Translations under genes and position numbers: made by a program | From: Rhynchobatus australiae | Lineage: Eukaryota | DNA length: 63,638 nucleotides | Assembly: GCA_034780895.1 (NCBI GenBank) | Contig: JAUZTB010000070.1 | Span: 13,346,610-13,410,247, forward strand | Direction: 5' to 3' | Notes under the pieces: generated by a model | Told to the model about the DNA's origin: nothing | The model's input: the letters and a program-made list of their open reading frames with translations, nothing else | The model's database searches: none | Part shown: one piece after another, positions 24,861 through 38,839 of the stretch | Layout of the letters: each line of letters begins with the position of its first letter | How positions within the stretch are numbered: the first letter of the stretch is position 1

Positions 24861-27800
24861 GTGTGGATACAGGTGTCGGTCAGGGCTACGGTAATCTGGT
24901 TCCTTGCTCCTGGGTTTTTAAGAAACAATCGCTTCATGTTTTGCACATAGGTTGTTTTCTGTTCCAAGGAAAGGGATTTTCTGTGTTTTCAGTTATCTTG
25001 TGGGAAACTGCCTCTTTACTACTTGAAGCCAGCAGAAAATTTCGTTCCTGTCAGCTGTTGTGTGGTTAGATCAGTGTGCACTTCCACTAATCAGATACTA
25101 CCTCAATTTCTGCTGATTTTAGTCACGATGAAACCTGTGACCCTAGACCAATAAACAAGTGGTTATGAACAGTTCTTTTGTGGTTTTACTCTGGGACGCG
25201 CATGTAGTTTACAGTGTGGCAGTTAAACCCCTTGGGCCGAGACACAAAGCCGTATTGATCAGTTGGTCTCTGCAATTATTTGGTGCCCTCGGCAAATCTG
25301 GGCATTCTCAGAAAGGTTAGCTTTTATTATTTTAATTACACCTGTTGCTCCAATCTACAACTGGAGACGTCTGGGAAGATCTCAGTTCTTTTGGACTGAT
25401 TTTAGCTGGGTGGGAGCCCTCGGATCAATAGCCCACCCACACTTGCTTCCCAAACCCTTGGACCAAGGATGGACATTTGTGTGAAATGAAGTCATGGGGG
25501 GCGGTGGGGAAGCAAGTGAGTGGGGTAAGACAATGCCTCAATACAGTATTGAAGGCTTTTGTTGTACCACACAGTGCCACTTTAACAATAAATTATCATC
25601 ATTTAGGTTGCTGCTCAAGTCCAAAACTGGCACATGGTCTGATTGAACGCAGGCGTGCTACTGGTTTCCAGAGCATGTGTTCATTGAGCCAACGGACAAG
25701 ATTGCATGACATCACTTAAATACTATTGATGGAACAGATTCTGACTCGACACTGATCCCTATTTACTTCAGCTTTGCATTTAAGCCCCTTGTAATCAAGG
25801 CTTGGAACAGGAATCCATCACTAGTGTATTATAGCTGCCTCAAAAATGAAGCTAAATCAGTAACAGTTGTCTTGACTTTCTCAGAAACCTCCCAGGGAAG
25901 CTGGCTATGGGTGTATGCAGGGAGAAGGGTGGGACAGGACCCCCTTTGCTGAAACTAAATGTGATGGTGGGTCATGCAGAGGGGTTGCCTTATGTGGGGA
26001 TGGTGCAGTNNNNNNNNNNNNNNNNNNNNNNNNNNNNNNNNNNNNNNNNNNNNNNNNNNNNNNNNNNNNNNNNNNNNNNNNNNNNNNNNNNNNNNNNNNN
26101 NNNNNNNNNTTATGTGGGGATTGTGCAGTTGATATGGGTGGGGTGATTCATTCCCCTTCCTGAAGGATATTACTGAACAGACATGTGTTTTTTTTAATGT
26201 AGCAATCTGGCAGTTTTCATGACCAATTTTCTTCCCCTGTTAACCCACAAATTACTGGACAATGAATTCAGTTTTCTAATTTGCTGCACTGGGATTTGAA
26301 CTTCTAACCTTTGGTGATAGTCCATCATATCCCCATTATTTTCCCACACCCAATTCTGGTATGTTGTATTACTCCTAATTGTAGTACTTATTGGATTATA
26401 TTGTCTGAGAAAATTGAAGTCTATAGTTATTAAGTCCTGGCAGCATAAGGAAATCACTTATTTTCAGTTCTGAGTGTTGCTGAACAATACAATCTCAGTT
26501 GAGCAAGAAGTTATTATTGGAAGAGTATCCTTTTAATCATTGCAAATGGGATACAGTCTGAAGTGTATTTTCCAGCATCTGCTTGGGGGGAATTTAAGTA
26601 CTGATAAGCCTATAGCTGCAATGTGGGAGATGTTGACCTTGGATATCACTGGTTACTGTATCTTTCTGGACCTGTCACTGTTGTCTTTACCATTTGACCA
26701 TTTTCAAAACGCCTTATAATAGAAAAGAGTTTTAATAATGATTCTGTGTGTCACTGTTTTCACTGAATTTAACAGAACCATTCAGTGATGATCTGATCCA
26801 GACTCTGTGTTAATTATTCAAGTTTGTGTCTGTCTTTGGATACAAGTACCAACAGGATCTCCATCTCCTGTTTAAGAATGATGTGAGTAAACAGCACATT
26901 CTTTGACATGGATGTCTGATTTCTAGAAGGCTTGAATTTTGTATCTTCCAGGGATGAACTTTTCTCATTTTCCCCCATCTTTGCCAAAGAGAGCTGCTAG
27001 GAAAGTCACTAATTTAATACCTTTAGAATTGGATCACCTTTGGGTGAATTTTAATGTTTCTTTTATTAAGAATGCTCCAAACCTTATTTACAAGTTGTTT
27101 TTAAAAAAAAGTCTCTAGAAGTTGCTTCTGTTTTGTGCGCATAGTAAATGGTTTGTTGAATATTAATTTTGGCCCGTTTACAAGAGTATGGCTTGAATAA
27201 TGGATCAGAAAGTTGCATGCATGAAAAGCATGCCAGTTCCTTGTGAGGTCATTGAATAGTCTGGTCTTTCTCCTGTGAAATGTTCCACGAGTAATGGAGG
27301 GGCAGCTGACAGGTTGACCATAAGTGGAGGTGTGGGGCGCTGCAATGTAAAGAGCATTAGTAATTTAATTGGTAGCTGCTTTCTTTTTGTTATTGATTTA
27401 TTATTTGGTTTTCCTTTGCTGCTATCTGTGCTTAAGTTTTCAGCTTTTCATTTTTAATGTCTAGTAGTTCTCCTGCAACTCTTGTGACTGTTCTGTCTCA
27501 TTTCTCTGTTAGCAATAGTATGTAATGTGGACCAACGGGCAAATTCAGTGTCCCTGACACATCTTAAGCCACGAGCTTTGGAGAGTGGTTTAATCTTGAG
27601 CTTTATTTTGCTGAGATTCCTTATGTGAGAGCATGGAATACTGTGGATTAGCAGTTTGCAAATATGAAATCCAAGCTTTTCCCTTTTTATATATATATAT
27701 ATACACTAAACTGTATGAGTATACAGGACTTACTGGTGGGTGCTTCCATTGTGAGAGTTTCTCCACTTTCCAATAGGACAATAGTCCTTCTTTAATCAAG

Positions 27801-30800
27801 TGTCTACATTTAATTTCCTGGTGGGTTTTCTAGAATACTTTGAATAGAGCTGGTTCCTAATTGAACCTTGCTTCTTGACATTCTGGATGCTGAAGATTCT
27901 GCTGTTACACTAGCAGCTTGTATTATTAGTACAAATTCAGTTCCTACAATGAGGATTATGGACCAAAATGTGGCCCAGAATTTCAATGTAACATTGAATC
28001 ATCGATTCAAATTATATATTAAACTTGGGCCTCCCTGCTGCTTCGAATGGAAGTGAAAGAGCCTGTGATACTGTTTCCAAGAATAAAGGCTGCTAAATGT
28101 ATTGGCAAAACAATTTCTTTCCTTGGTGCTATGCAGTTGAAAATAGCTTTTAATTTTTTTTTCTCTTGAATAGAATGTAATAATGATCATTTCACATCAG
28201 TCTATTAATTTAAACCAGGCACATTCAGCTATGAGTCTCTCTTTAGCCTGACGTGATTCCAGTGATAGGGTGATGTCATTCCCCATTCCATGCTCCTTTT
28301 TAGGGACTTCTAAGCCACATTTCTCCAGGAGTGACAACTGTTGGACACTTTTTTGAGACAGCCCAGGTAATGAGATCTTCTGAGCACAGTGCTGGATAGG
28401 GGCCTTTTTATTAGGCAAGTCCCTTGCTTAACCCTTTCATTGTCCCACCCTTGCACTGCACTGACTTGCCAACCCCCTCAGATTTCCACCTGGCTCAGAC
28501 TGCACCCCATCCATGACATACCTTGATCCTGACCCCGATGGATCTTTGGCCATCCACCCTGCAATCCTGGCCTCTCCCTGTCAGTACTCCCTCTCATTGA
28601 AATTCTACAATGCCCATTCAGTGACAAAGCTTTGGGCACAAGCAAAGTTTGCAGAGGGAGAGCCTGTGACCAAAATAGTCATCGGTGCATGAGAATTTTT
28701 GGGCTGGAAATGAGTCCTTTAGCCAACGTTACTAAAAGCAGGTCAGCCAGCCATGATCTCATTGCTGTTTGTGAGGCAATTGGTTACCACAGTTGCCAAT
28801 ATACTTAATGACCATGTCTCATAGCTGCTGTGAAACAATATTTTCCCGAGGAAATGAAAGGCACTGATGGAGTGGAAATTACTTTTCTCTCCTTTGCTCT
28901 GCCTGCCTTGCCATCATTCATTTGTTGTGTGTTATTAGAACTCATTCTAATAAAAGGCATGGGTATTTTGTTTATATTGCATGAGGGTTAAAAACCATCA
29001 GAGAACAACATGTTCCTGTTTTCTTCCATTTAATGCACAGCAAATATCTGTTGTGGTTCTCTGTGGTGGATGATTTTAAGCAGTGTGTGATTGCAAAGTA
29101 TTTTACTGTGGGGGCTGGGGAGGGGAGGAAGAGAGTCGTGCCATAACTAGTGTCCCTTCTCTTGCATGTTGTATTTCCATTACCCTGAACTGACAGCAGA
29201 ATGGTTTTCTTGTTCCAGATTTTAAAAATTCTGTTATCCCATCTGGTTGGGAATTGCGGAGGCTTGGACATCATCACTAGGACACGGCTTAACTTGAGAA
29301 ATTCAGGGCACAGGATTGTGCTGCCAGGTGGTTCAGTAGATCCTCACAGCTCATCACGTTCTAGGAATATAAGTGGTGGTTAGTGAGATGAACCTGTTTC
29401 ATCTATTAAGGGAAGACTTGATAAGTATTTCAAGAAGAGGCAGTGACAGAGGAGGGCAGTGGGATTGGTTTTGGACTGCTCTCACAGAGCTGGGATAGTG
29501 ATGAGCCAAAAGGCGTCTGTCAGTGTCTTAAATCTCCACAGTGCCATCCTAAGCAAAGTGCCATCGTGTCTGCTGAGTTGGGTTTCTGTAAAGGAAAATA
29601 TTTGTGACCTTCTGTCCCCTGGAGTTAGCAAAATAGTGTACTGTCCAGTAACACAGATATGAATCATTGCCTGTTTTATCACATACTTAGCTTCATTAGT
29701 TCTACCCTGGTAGACTTATCAATCAGCCAGCTGGACTAATTCAGTCCCTGATTCTTCAATTTTAAACAAAAGTCTAATTTCTTATTTTAAAAAAATTTAT
29801 GCTCCAGTATGTTGCTGGGGAAGTGGCAATTTAACCACACTTGGAATGGTCTCATTGATTCTTATTTCCTTAATTTTGTTGTATTCATCTTAAATTTTTT
29901 TGTCTCAGCGATGTCCCACTAAGACTGCAACTTGCCCTATTTTAACTCCTTTGAATATCATACAATACATCCCTTCAATTTTTGAAATACTAGTTGAGAC
30001 TTTACACAATTGAAGCCACCCATCACCTCCCCCCCCACCCAATTCCTACCCCACAGACATCTGATAATAGCTTAGTAAATTGAAGCTACTCTTTTTCTAT
30101 TGCTTCTATATCTTTACTATAATGGGGTGCCCAACAGAATACTCCAACATATCTAACTAAAGTCTTGTGTAAAATTAAGGTAATCTCTGTATTTTTGTGT
30201 TGAGGCTCTTAACAGTTGATTTGTGTGTAGCGTTAGGCACTCGTGCTGCCATCTTTAATGTATATATCTGCACACCACAATCTGTCCATTTTAACATGCA
30301 TTTCCTCTCCCTATTCTTACTTGAGAACCTATCTTGCACTTTAACAGGCTTCAACATGTACAACATCTGCCATCTTTTTCATCCTCTTGCACAATTCTTG
30401 GAAATGTTGTTACCAGCAGACCTATCACACAGGAACAGGCTCCTCAAGGCTGCTTTGCCATTTAGAAGGATCATCACTGACCTAATTCCATATATCTGTC
30501 TTTGACTTGGACCCCTTTTTTAAAAAAAAACTGTTGGTTAATAGATGTCTGTCAGTCTCCAATTTGAAAATTAACAATTGACCGAGCATCAGTAGCTGAT
30601 GGTGGAGGAGAGTGTGAAGTTCTTCTATCCTCAGCTGGTTGTCTTATTTCTTAATATTGTTGACCAAAGACCTGACCAACCTTTCTCTCCTTCTTCACTA
30701 CCACCTTTTTTCAGTTAATATCTGAAATTTGTTTCCTTAATTTTCTAAATTCCAGGGACTAAAAGGTTAGTTTGTGTAATTGTCCCTTGCAATCAAGGAA

Positions 30801-30903
30801 TATTAATATATGGAAAAAAAAGGTGCAAACCACATGAAAGATTAGGATAGGTGATCAATAGCTTGGACAAATGGGTAATCTTTTAAAGAGTGTTTGAAAA
30901 GAA

Positions 30904-31240
30904 GCAACACAATAACAGCGCTGGAGCGCTGAATGCAGTATATGCCAAGACCCTTCATCAGATTGGAAAGAAGGAGAGAGCCAATGGGCAAGGATGGAGC
31001 AAGAGGTGATAGGTGGATCTAGGTGAGGGGGGTTATAGACAGAATCTTCCCCCCTTTCCCTCCACCTTTTTATACTGGTTTTCTCCCCTCTTTCTTTCCC
31101 GTTCAGATTGCAGATGAAGGGTCTCAACCCGAGCTGTCCACTGTCCATTTTTCTCCACAGATGCTGTCTGACCTGCTGAGTTCCTCCAGTGCTTTTTGTG
31201 TTGCTCCAGCTTCCAGCATCTGCAGTCTCTTGTGTCTCCC
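30904..31240. mobile_element. Penelope-derived insertion with inverted terminal structure and 9-bp TSD
   Basis: TGAAAAGAA at 30895-30903 and 31241-31249. The left end gcaacaca...gctggag is the inverse of the right part ctccagtgc...tgtgttgc. Hammerhead remnants are present on both strands. Confidence 0.75.
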
Positions 31241-33019
31241 TGAAAAGAAAAGGGAAGGGTTTAAGGAGTGAAATTCAGAGTTTGGGGTCCAGATGACTGA
31301 AGACCTGGCCACTAATGGTGGAACAATGTCAATCAACCATCCACAGAAGGCCAGAGTTGGAGTGCAGATATAACAGGATTCTGATACTGGAGGTAGTTCA
31401 GGGATAGTGAGACCATGTCCATGTTTGAACAAGAGTGTCAGGGTTTTAAGTGAGGCACTTGCAATCAGGAATCAATCTAGGTCTCTGAATAAGATATTGT
31501 TTGAGACACAAGCCAGTAGATGCTGTACTCTGGAGCAAAAACAAACTGCTGGAGGAATGCAGTGGGTCAGGGAGCACCTGTGGAGATAGGGAGGGTCACC
31601 GAGTTTGGGTTTGTTTGAATTTGGATAAAGCATGAGTTTTGTGCAAGGACATCGAGGTGGAAGGGGACAGCTGTGGGAACATTGGATAGGTGAGTCCAGA
31701 GATAAAGTGGCATGGTTGAGGACTGTAGTAGCAGATGAGTTGGGACAGGAGTGCTGGTCCCCATTGCTGGGGGAGTAGGTTGGGATGGAAGTGCTTTCTT
31801 TGTGATGGAAGCGATTATCGGGTAGGGAGTTCTGCTTGGGGTCACACGGTGACAAGATTGCAGCCTCCGACTGTTGATGGGAGGGCAAAAGAGTCTGTGG
31901 CCAGCACGTAACAATGGATCTGGCCTTTTTAACTGGCAATCATATCAATGATTTTTATTTCAAAGATTGTTCCATTTGTTTATGTCCTGTGACAAAACTG
32001 ATTTTCAAGCCTTACTTGAAGCTTGTAAATTTTTACTTGTCAGCATCAACTGCTCCCTGCTTATTCATGTCGGGTATGAGTTTTACCTCCATTTTACTTG
32101 AATCACTTTTAATTTGAATCCTTCAGCCTTGCACCATCTCTTGTGGAATTCGGTTTACATGAGCTCAGATGAAAGCTTTTGTCTTCAGCTGTGTGGGTGG
32201 TCCCTCGGACTGGTCCAGGAAACGGTGTCATTGGAGGAGACAGTTGCTTATATGTGCCGAACCTGCCGAGGGTTCTGTGCTTACGGCCTGACTTGGAAAC
32301 TTGGCGTTTCTCCTTTGATAGTCCACAGGCTCGTAGTCGGCTACTACTTGCTTTAGAGGACAGATGTCTCGGATTGATTTAATGTGTGCGGTCTGTGACC
32401 GTGCGATTGCTCCACTAGACAGGTGTTCAGCCAAAGGATTAAACAATTCAAGAAAACTATAAGGCTGTTTACATTATAGATTTAATTTGCAGCTGAAGTT
32501 ATGTGGGCACAAACCTTTGGAATGCTGGAAACGGCTAACCATGTGGACTAGATATCTTTTATTTACCCTTTCCTTTGGCATGACTTCAAAGGAAAGACAA
32601 GAGTCATTTCAGAGACCTTGTAGAAACATACATCAGTGGATAAACCTTGTTTCAGCGGCCACTTTGAGAATAAGTGCAAGAAAGTGCTAATAAATAAATT
32701 AATAAAAAATTCAGGTCCTCTTTGAACTGAGGGGTGTTTATTTTTGACCTTTTGGTAACGAATAAACCTGTTCATTGTTCTGTGATGTGATGCTTTGCTG
32801 GTGTGTGTTCACCTACAGAGGCCAGGAGGCAGTCTAGGAGTTGGTTATTGTGCTCATGGTTCAAGATTGACCCAGGGGATCAACCAGCATTCATCAAGCA
32901 ATTGGGTGGCTGAAGGCTGCTGCTGCTTCGTTGTGGGCATGAGGACTGTTTCTGGGAGATGGAGGCTCAGCATAAGGTCCCAGAAATGTGAGTGTAATAA
33001 GGTCGTGCAGCAGCTCTTC

Positions 33020-33270
33020 AGCAACTGTCCAAGGCAGCACCGACCATCACGCACCCACATACACTCATCACATTTTATTCTCTCCACATTCCCCATCAAC
33101 TCCCCCAAGATTCCGCAACTTGCTTACATGCGAGGGGCAATTTACAGTGGCTGATTAACCTACCAAGCTGTAAGTCTTTGAGGTGTGGGAGGAAACCAGA
33201 GCACCAGGGTTCAGGATGGAACCCAGGTCACATGAGCCATGAGGCAGTAGCTCTCCTAGGTGCACTATTG
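33020..33270 (-). mobile_element. V-SINE (HE1-like), partial
   Basis: ggggcaatttacagtggctgattaacctacc...tgtgggaggaaaccagagcacc is the complement of the V-domain, followed by head remnants. Confidence 0.7.
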
Positions 33271-34634
33271 TGCTGAGAAGAGGCAATTGCATTCCTGAGA
33301 TCTGCACTGTGTGAAAGGGGCTCCAACACCATCTGAACTTTATTTTCATAGGATAATAGAAAATGACAATACAGGGTGACACTATTTGACTTGTGTCTAG
33401 CAGCAGAAAGAAAAGATCAATCTAACCATCATGTGCCTTGTCAGTAGTCCTGTAGATCATGGCTTTTCAAGTACATGCGCAGGTACTTTCTATATGTGAT
33501 GAGGCTTTCTGTCTCTGTCTCCATCTCCCTTTCAAGCAGAAAGCTCCACACCCGTTTCACACACTTTTTAAAGCACATCATGACCCCTCTAATCCTTTTG
33601 TCAATTACTTTCAATCTATTTTATTCTAGTTCAACACTACACACCATATGGACTGGTGCTCAGAACTGGAAAAGAATAGTTGGTGGAATATTTCATTTTC
33701 CTTTAGCTGCGAAATAAGTTGAGCCATTCCTTTCAAACAAAGACACTCACTTCAAAGTTTTCAGAATTGAATTTTGTTTTGCAGGAACTCTGCTTGCTTT
33801 ATTCAGTGGAAACATTTTTGTTCAACTACATTAGAATGAGAATGTGTAATGTTTGATCCTTGCTGTGATGCTGTAAAACTCCAGGACCTCCATTCAAGTT
33901 CTGTCCAAGGCTGGAATGATACCTCTCGAAAACTGCCAGTGCCTAGGATTCTTCAGTATTGATAAATGTCATAACTGGGCCAATCTTCCCCCTCTACTAT
34001 TCAATACTTGGATCTAGCCTGGTGCATTCTGTGTCCATCTTGCGTGTAATTATCATGCACATAATTACCCACAATAAACTCCTGGTTCAAGGCAGGAAGT
34101 ACTGAAAAATACCTTAAAATTAATATTGCCAAAGAAGAGAATCAGTTGTCTAATCACAAGAGGTTTTCCCCCCAGTTAATGGAATTTCATTAAAGGGCCA
34201 GCTTTTGAGTCCTCTCAGCCTAGCACTTTACAACAGAGATTACTGTCAGAAAATTCTGGAAACTCAGCAGGTCAGGCAGCATCTATGGAAAAAGAAATAG
34301 TTAACGTGTCCGAAACAGTCCATCAGAACTGGAAAAAGAAAACGATTAGTTTTAAGTTAGAGTAGACTGGGAGGGATGGACAAGGGGAATAAATCTCATA
34401 CAGTGAGACCCAGTGGTTTAATGTGGAGATCGGTTTTCCCTCCATTATGTTGCCACTGCTAACAGCAGATTTCATCTGATGATAGCAGTGTTGTACAATG
34501 CAGTTCATCCCACCAACCTGTCTTGACAGCCATCAGGCATTCGGCTTCAAAAGATTAGACGTGGTTTTCTCTGTAACAACAATTTTGGGTAATAAAATTT
34601 CTAAATAATAAAAGCACTGTTTGTATGCAGGAAA

Positions 34635-35000
34635 TTGGAGTGTAGGAGAATGAGGGGTGATCTTATAGAGGTGTATAAAATTGAGGGGCATAGATAGGGT
34701 CAATGTGCACAGTCTTTTTCCTAGCATTGGGAATCAGGAACTAGAGGGCATAGGTTTAAGGTGAGAGGGGAGAGATTTAGTAGGAACTTGAGGGGCAACT
34801 TTTTCACCCAGAGGGTGGTTAGTATATGAAATGAGCTGCGAGAGGAAATAGATGAAGCAGGTACATTAACAACATTGAAAAGATATGGACAAGTACATGG
34901 ATAGGAAAAGTTTAGAGGGATATGGGGCTAGCGTAGATGGGAGTATTGGTCGGCATAGCCCAGTTGGGTCACAGGGCCTGTTTCTGTGCTGCATGACTCC
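34635..35000 (+). mobile_element. CR1 (HER1-like) LINE 3' end, relatively well preserved
   Basis: RRMRGDLIEVYKI...TRGHRFKVRGERF..NLRGNFFTQRVV, then 3' UTR ending gggcctgtttctgtgctgcatgactc. Confidence 0.88.
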
Positions 35001-35789
35001 AAGAGGGATGTAAGTTTTCAATAAAACAAAACTGTAGCATTAACTAAAACATAATGACTTGACCTTGATTATGCATTATACATGAAGTGACCCTGTGATG
35101 GGAATAGTCAATATCCACCTCGCTATGAGCACCGCCACAGATGGCTGACTGGAATATATCCAATATTTAAAATACTGGTGTCTTTTGCATTTCCTGTTGG
35201 CGTTACTTAACTTTTAGCAGTCATATGAGTGTCAATGTTTTCCATCCTAGATTTGAGTCAACGTTTACATTTCTTGTAAATTTGTGGCTCTTGCAATGCT
35301 TTATAGTTGGTGGGGAAGGAGTGAGAGACCTGTGGAAAATCTGAGGGAGGCATTGAGCTGACTACCAAAACTTTGTAAAGCCAGCCCTGAAATGTTTTTC
35401 AGAAGAGCTGCAGGTTTTAAAGACATTCCTGAGGTGACAGCAGCAAGGCTGGGCTGGTGAGCAAGCTCGGACAGGAATGAGTAGCGAACCAAAGCGCCTG
35501 GAGATAGGTGACTTGCTGTGGGATTGAACAGTGACAGAAACAGGTGCTGCTTCTGGGCGTGACTGATAATGTAAAGTGGAAATGAAGTCTTCGGGCAGTG
35601 AGCATACAGGTGGGTTTTTGGCAATAAATTATCAATTTTATAAATGAGTTTAGTAATTTTGTTTCTTCAATGGTATGTTTTCTCTATTAAAAAATACCAA
35701 ACTGAGTGTTTGGTATTTTTTTAATAGGGAAAACATACCATTGAAGGAAAAAGTGACCAAAAGAATTTGAAACAAATTGAGTTGCTTTA

Positions 35790-36125
35790 GAGTTAGTCAT
35801 TCTGCACAAACACAGGCTCTTTGGCCCACCAAGTCTGTGCTGACCATTTAAGTATCCATTTGCACTATTTTCAATGTATACTGTCCACATTCTCATTTTA
35901 ATTCTCTCTTCTCTCCACAGCCCCCCCCCCAAAAAAAAAATCATACCACCTCACCCATACACTAGGGGCAATTTACAGTGTCCGATTGACCTACCTATCT
36001 GCATGTCTTTGGGCTGTGAGAGGAAACCCTGGGAGTACATGCAAAAATCCACACTGACAGCACCCAAAGTCGGGATTGAACCTGAATCTCTAGTGCTGTG
36101 GGCAGCAGATCTACTAGCTGTGTCA
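35790..36125 (-). mobile_element. V-SINE (HE1-like)
   Basis: Complement of the CR1-shared tail (acacaggctctttggcccaccaagtctgtgctg), V-domain and B-box (gggattgaacct). Confidence 0.75.
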
Positions 36126-37149
36126 CAAATGGTGTTATGATGCCAGTTACTGATTTGGAACTTGCAAAGAGTTTTTTGCTTGAGCTTGTGAGAAATGTAT
36201 ATTAATGACTTTTGAACCTGTATATAATGTTTAATATGGGTAGTTGTTCTGATTTGTCCTTATTTCAGCAGATCAATGAAGTAAATCTTTGAAATGTTCT
36301 CGACATCCCATTGATGCAACTGTGGGCAAGTTGTTATTTGTATCTAAAAATTGCAGGGAATGGAGGGGGGGAGAAAAGTGAAATGCTGCAGATGGTGGAA
36401 ATTTGAAATCGGATCAGAAAATGCTGGATGTGTTCAGTGGGTCAGGCAGCATCTGTGAAGTGGAGAGAACAGAAGGGTCTGTGATAGAATGAATGATGCA
36501 AGTGGTGTTGCTGGCTAAAAAAGGGCAGTTTAGTGAATAACAAATGTGTTGCTTGATAGGGTGGTGGAGGCAAATTCATTAGGAGCTTTTAAGAGGGGCT
36601 TGGATGGACACATGAAAGAGGAAAATAGAGGGATATGGGCATTCTGTAGGTGGTAGGGATTATCATGTTGGCACAACATTGTGGGCCGAAGGGCCTGTTC
36701 TGTGCTGTAGCTTTAAAATTTCTGTTAACAAAGGCTGTGCCTCAAGGTACTGAACTGCAGGAGGACAGAAATCTAAAGCAGCAGAAGAGGAGAGGGGAAA
36801 AAAATGCTAGAAATGCGAATAGCTGATTTTCTTTGACTACTGAAAACTAGTGAGAAGCTGTGCCTTGGCTTGCATTCCATAAGATATAGGAGCAGAGTTT
36901 GGCCATTCAGCCTATTGAGTCTGTTTTGTCATTCAATCATGTTTTTTTTTTCCTCTCACAACCTCATTCTCCCGCCTTCTCCCCTTAACCTTGTTACCAA
37001 TCGAGAACATCAATCTCTGCCTTAAATACGGCCATTAACTTAGCCTCCACAGCGTCTCCGGGACAGTGTAGGAGGCCTGGGACAGGGAGGTCAAAGTGGG
37101 GGCGGATTCTATATTCCATTCTCCTGGTACTTCTGCCTATTCTGGTGAT

Positions 37150-37430
37150 GCCACCTCCCACAACGGTGCTTCTGATGTCTTCCTTTCTCACCAACAGTGA
37201 TTCTTTTTGCTCTCTCACTCTCTTACCAGAGCTAATGGTCCTTCAACCCTGTCTCCTCCATTCCCCACATTTCTGTGCTATCCTAGAACGGGTAGATTTC
37301 CCCTTGTCCTTTCCCTCCACTGGCCATCCTCCCTCCCTCCATATTCAACACATCATCCTTTTGTAATTTCCGCCATTTCCAAAGTGATGCCCCCACCAGA
37401 CACATCATCCCCACCGCCCCCTTTCACAGA
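37150..37430 (+). mobile_element. Penelope-like element ORF fragment (region after the RT)
   Basis: Frameshifted RFPLVLSLH / SLHIQHIIL / NFRHFQSDAPTRHIIPTAP resembles the PLE motif RVPLVLTYHP.SL.IQ.II.RNFRHLQ.DPTT.HIFP.PP. Confidence 0.65.
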
Positions 37431-37539
37431 ATTGCAGTGCTTACAGCATGGAAAGACTCCATTTGGCCCTTGGAGTCTGTACTGGGTCTATGCAAGACTA
37501 AATTGGCTAATCCCACACCCCAACCTCTCATAGTCTTTC

Positions 37540-38660
37540 CAGTTCTTTCAGATATTTGTCCACTTGTATCTGACTCCATTACTACCCTTGTGGTGCCCTA
37601 ATCACTGTTTTAAAATTAAAAACTAAATCTTCATGTCAATCGCCTTTATTCTGTACCTACTAGTTCTTTCCTCTTCTGCCATTGGAAGTGTTTCTGTATC
37701 TACTCTGCTTATACACAATGATATTAATTATGTCCTTCAGGTCCCTTTTGCAATCTCCCTGTTCTGAGAAGAACAACTCTAGCTTCTCCAGTTCATCCAC
37801 ATAAGTGATGTCCTCCTTTCCTGGAATGACTGCAATAAATCTCTTCTGCACCTTCTCCAAAGTATCAACATCTTTCCCTAAAGTGTGATGTCCAAGAACT
37901 GAACACAGTTCTCCAGTTGTAACCAAACCAGTGTTTTATAAAGGTTCATCGCAACTTCTTTGCTCTTGTATTCTAGACCTCTGTTTATGAAATACAGGAT
38001 CCTGTGTGCTGCTTTAATCAATTTCTTAACCGATGCAGTGACCAATGCATATGTCCTCCTGATTTTTTTTGGGTCTTGTACTCCTTTTAGAATGCGGCTC
38101 TTTAATTTATATTGCCTCTTCCCATTTTTCCCATCAAACTGTAACACTTCATATATCTCAGCATTGTTTCATCTGCTGTTTGTTCAATCCACCAGCCAGT
38201 CTATGTCCCCTTGAAGGATATTACTGTGTTCCTCACAATTAATTGCATCCAGTTTGGTACCACCTGCAATTTGGAAATTGTGCCCTGTGCACCTAAAGCG
38301 AAGTATTACGATAATGGAAAAAAAGCAATTGCCCTAGTACTGACCTCAGGGAATTGCACAGTACATTTGCCTCTGTTCCAAAACAACTTTTTACTGCTAC
38401 TAGCTCTTCCTGTTAGGCAATTTTCTATCCCTGCTGTGACAGCCCCTTTTATCCACTCTGTCAGTCTTGCTGATAAGTTGATTATGTACCCATTTACTGC
38501 ATTTCCTTCATCACCCTTCCTGTTATTTCAACAAACTCTATCGAGTTGGATTTGGCCCTAACAAATCCATGCTGGCTTTCTCTAATCAATCCACCCTGAC
38601 CAAGTGACAGTTAAATTTGTCACTCATTGTGGTTCCCAGAACTTGCCCACTCCAGGTCTA
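37540..38660 (-). mobile_element. Decayed CR1 LINE ORF2
   Basis: ILYFINRGLEYKSKEVAMNLYKTLVWLQLENCVQF and KDVDTLEKVQKRF are classic CR1 ORF2 segments. Confidence 0.88.
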
Positions 38661-38839
38661 TAGGTGTTGGGTTTATCCCTATATCCTTACTGCTGCTCCA
38701 TGCCTGTCTGTCAGTATGTTGTTTTTATTCACCATTTGCCTGCTCGAGTGCATTCCAGCAAAGCTCTGAACCTGACACGCTATCCAGAACAAAGCAGGTT
38801 GCTTGATTGGCACCCCATCCAGCAGCCTGCCACCATCTA

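Noticed and set aside
25990-26129. 20-bp near-identical direct repeat directly abutting both sides of a 100-N gap
   Set aside because: Typical of overlapping contig ends differing by one allele; most likely an assembly artefact.
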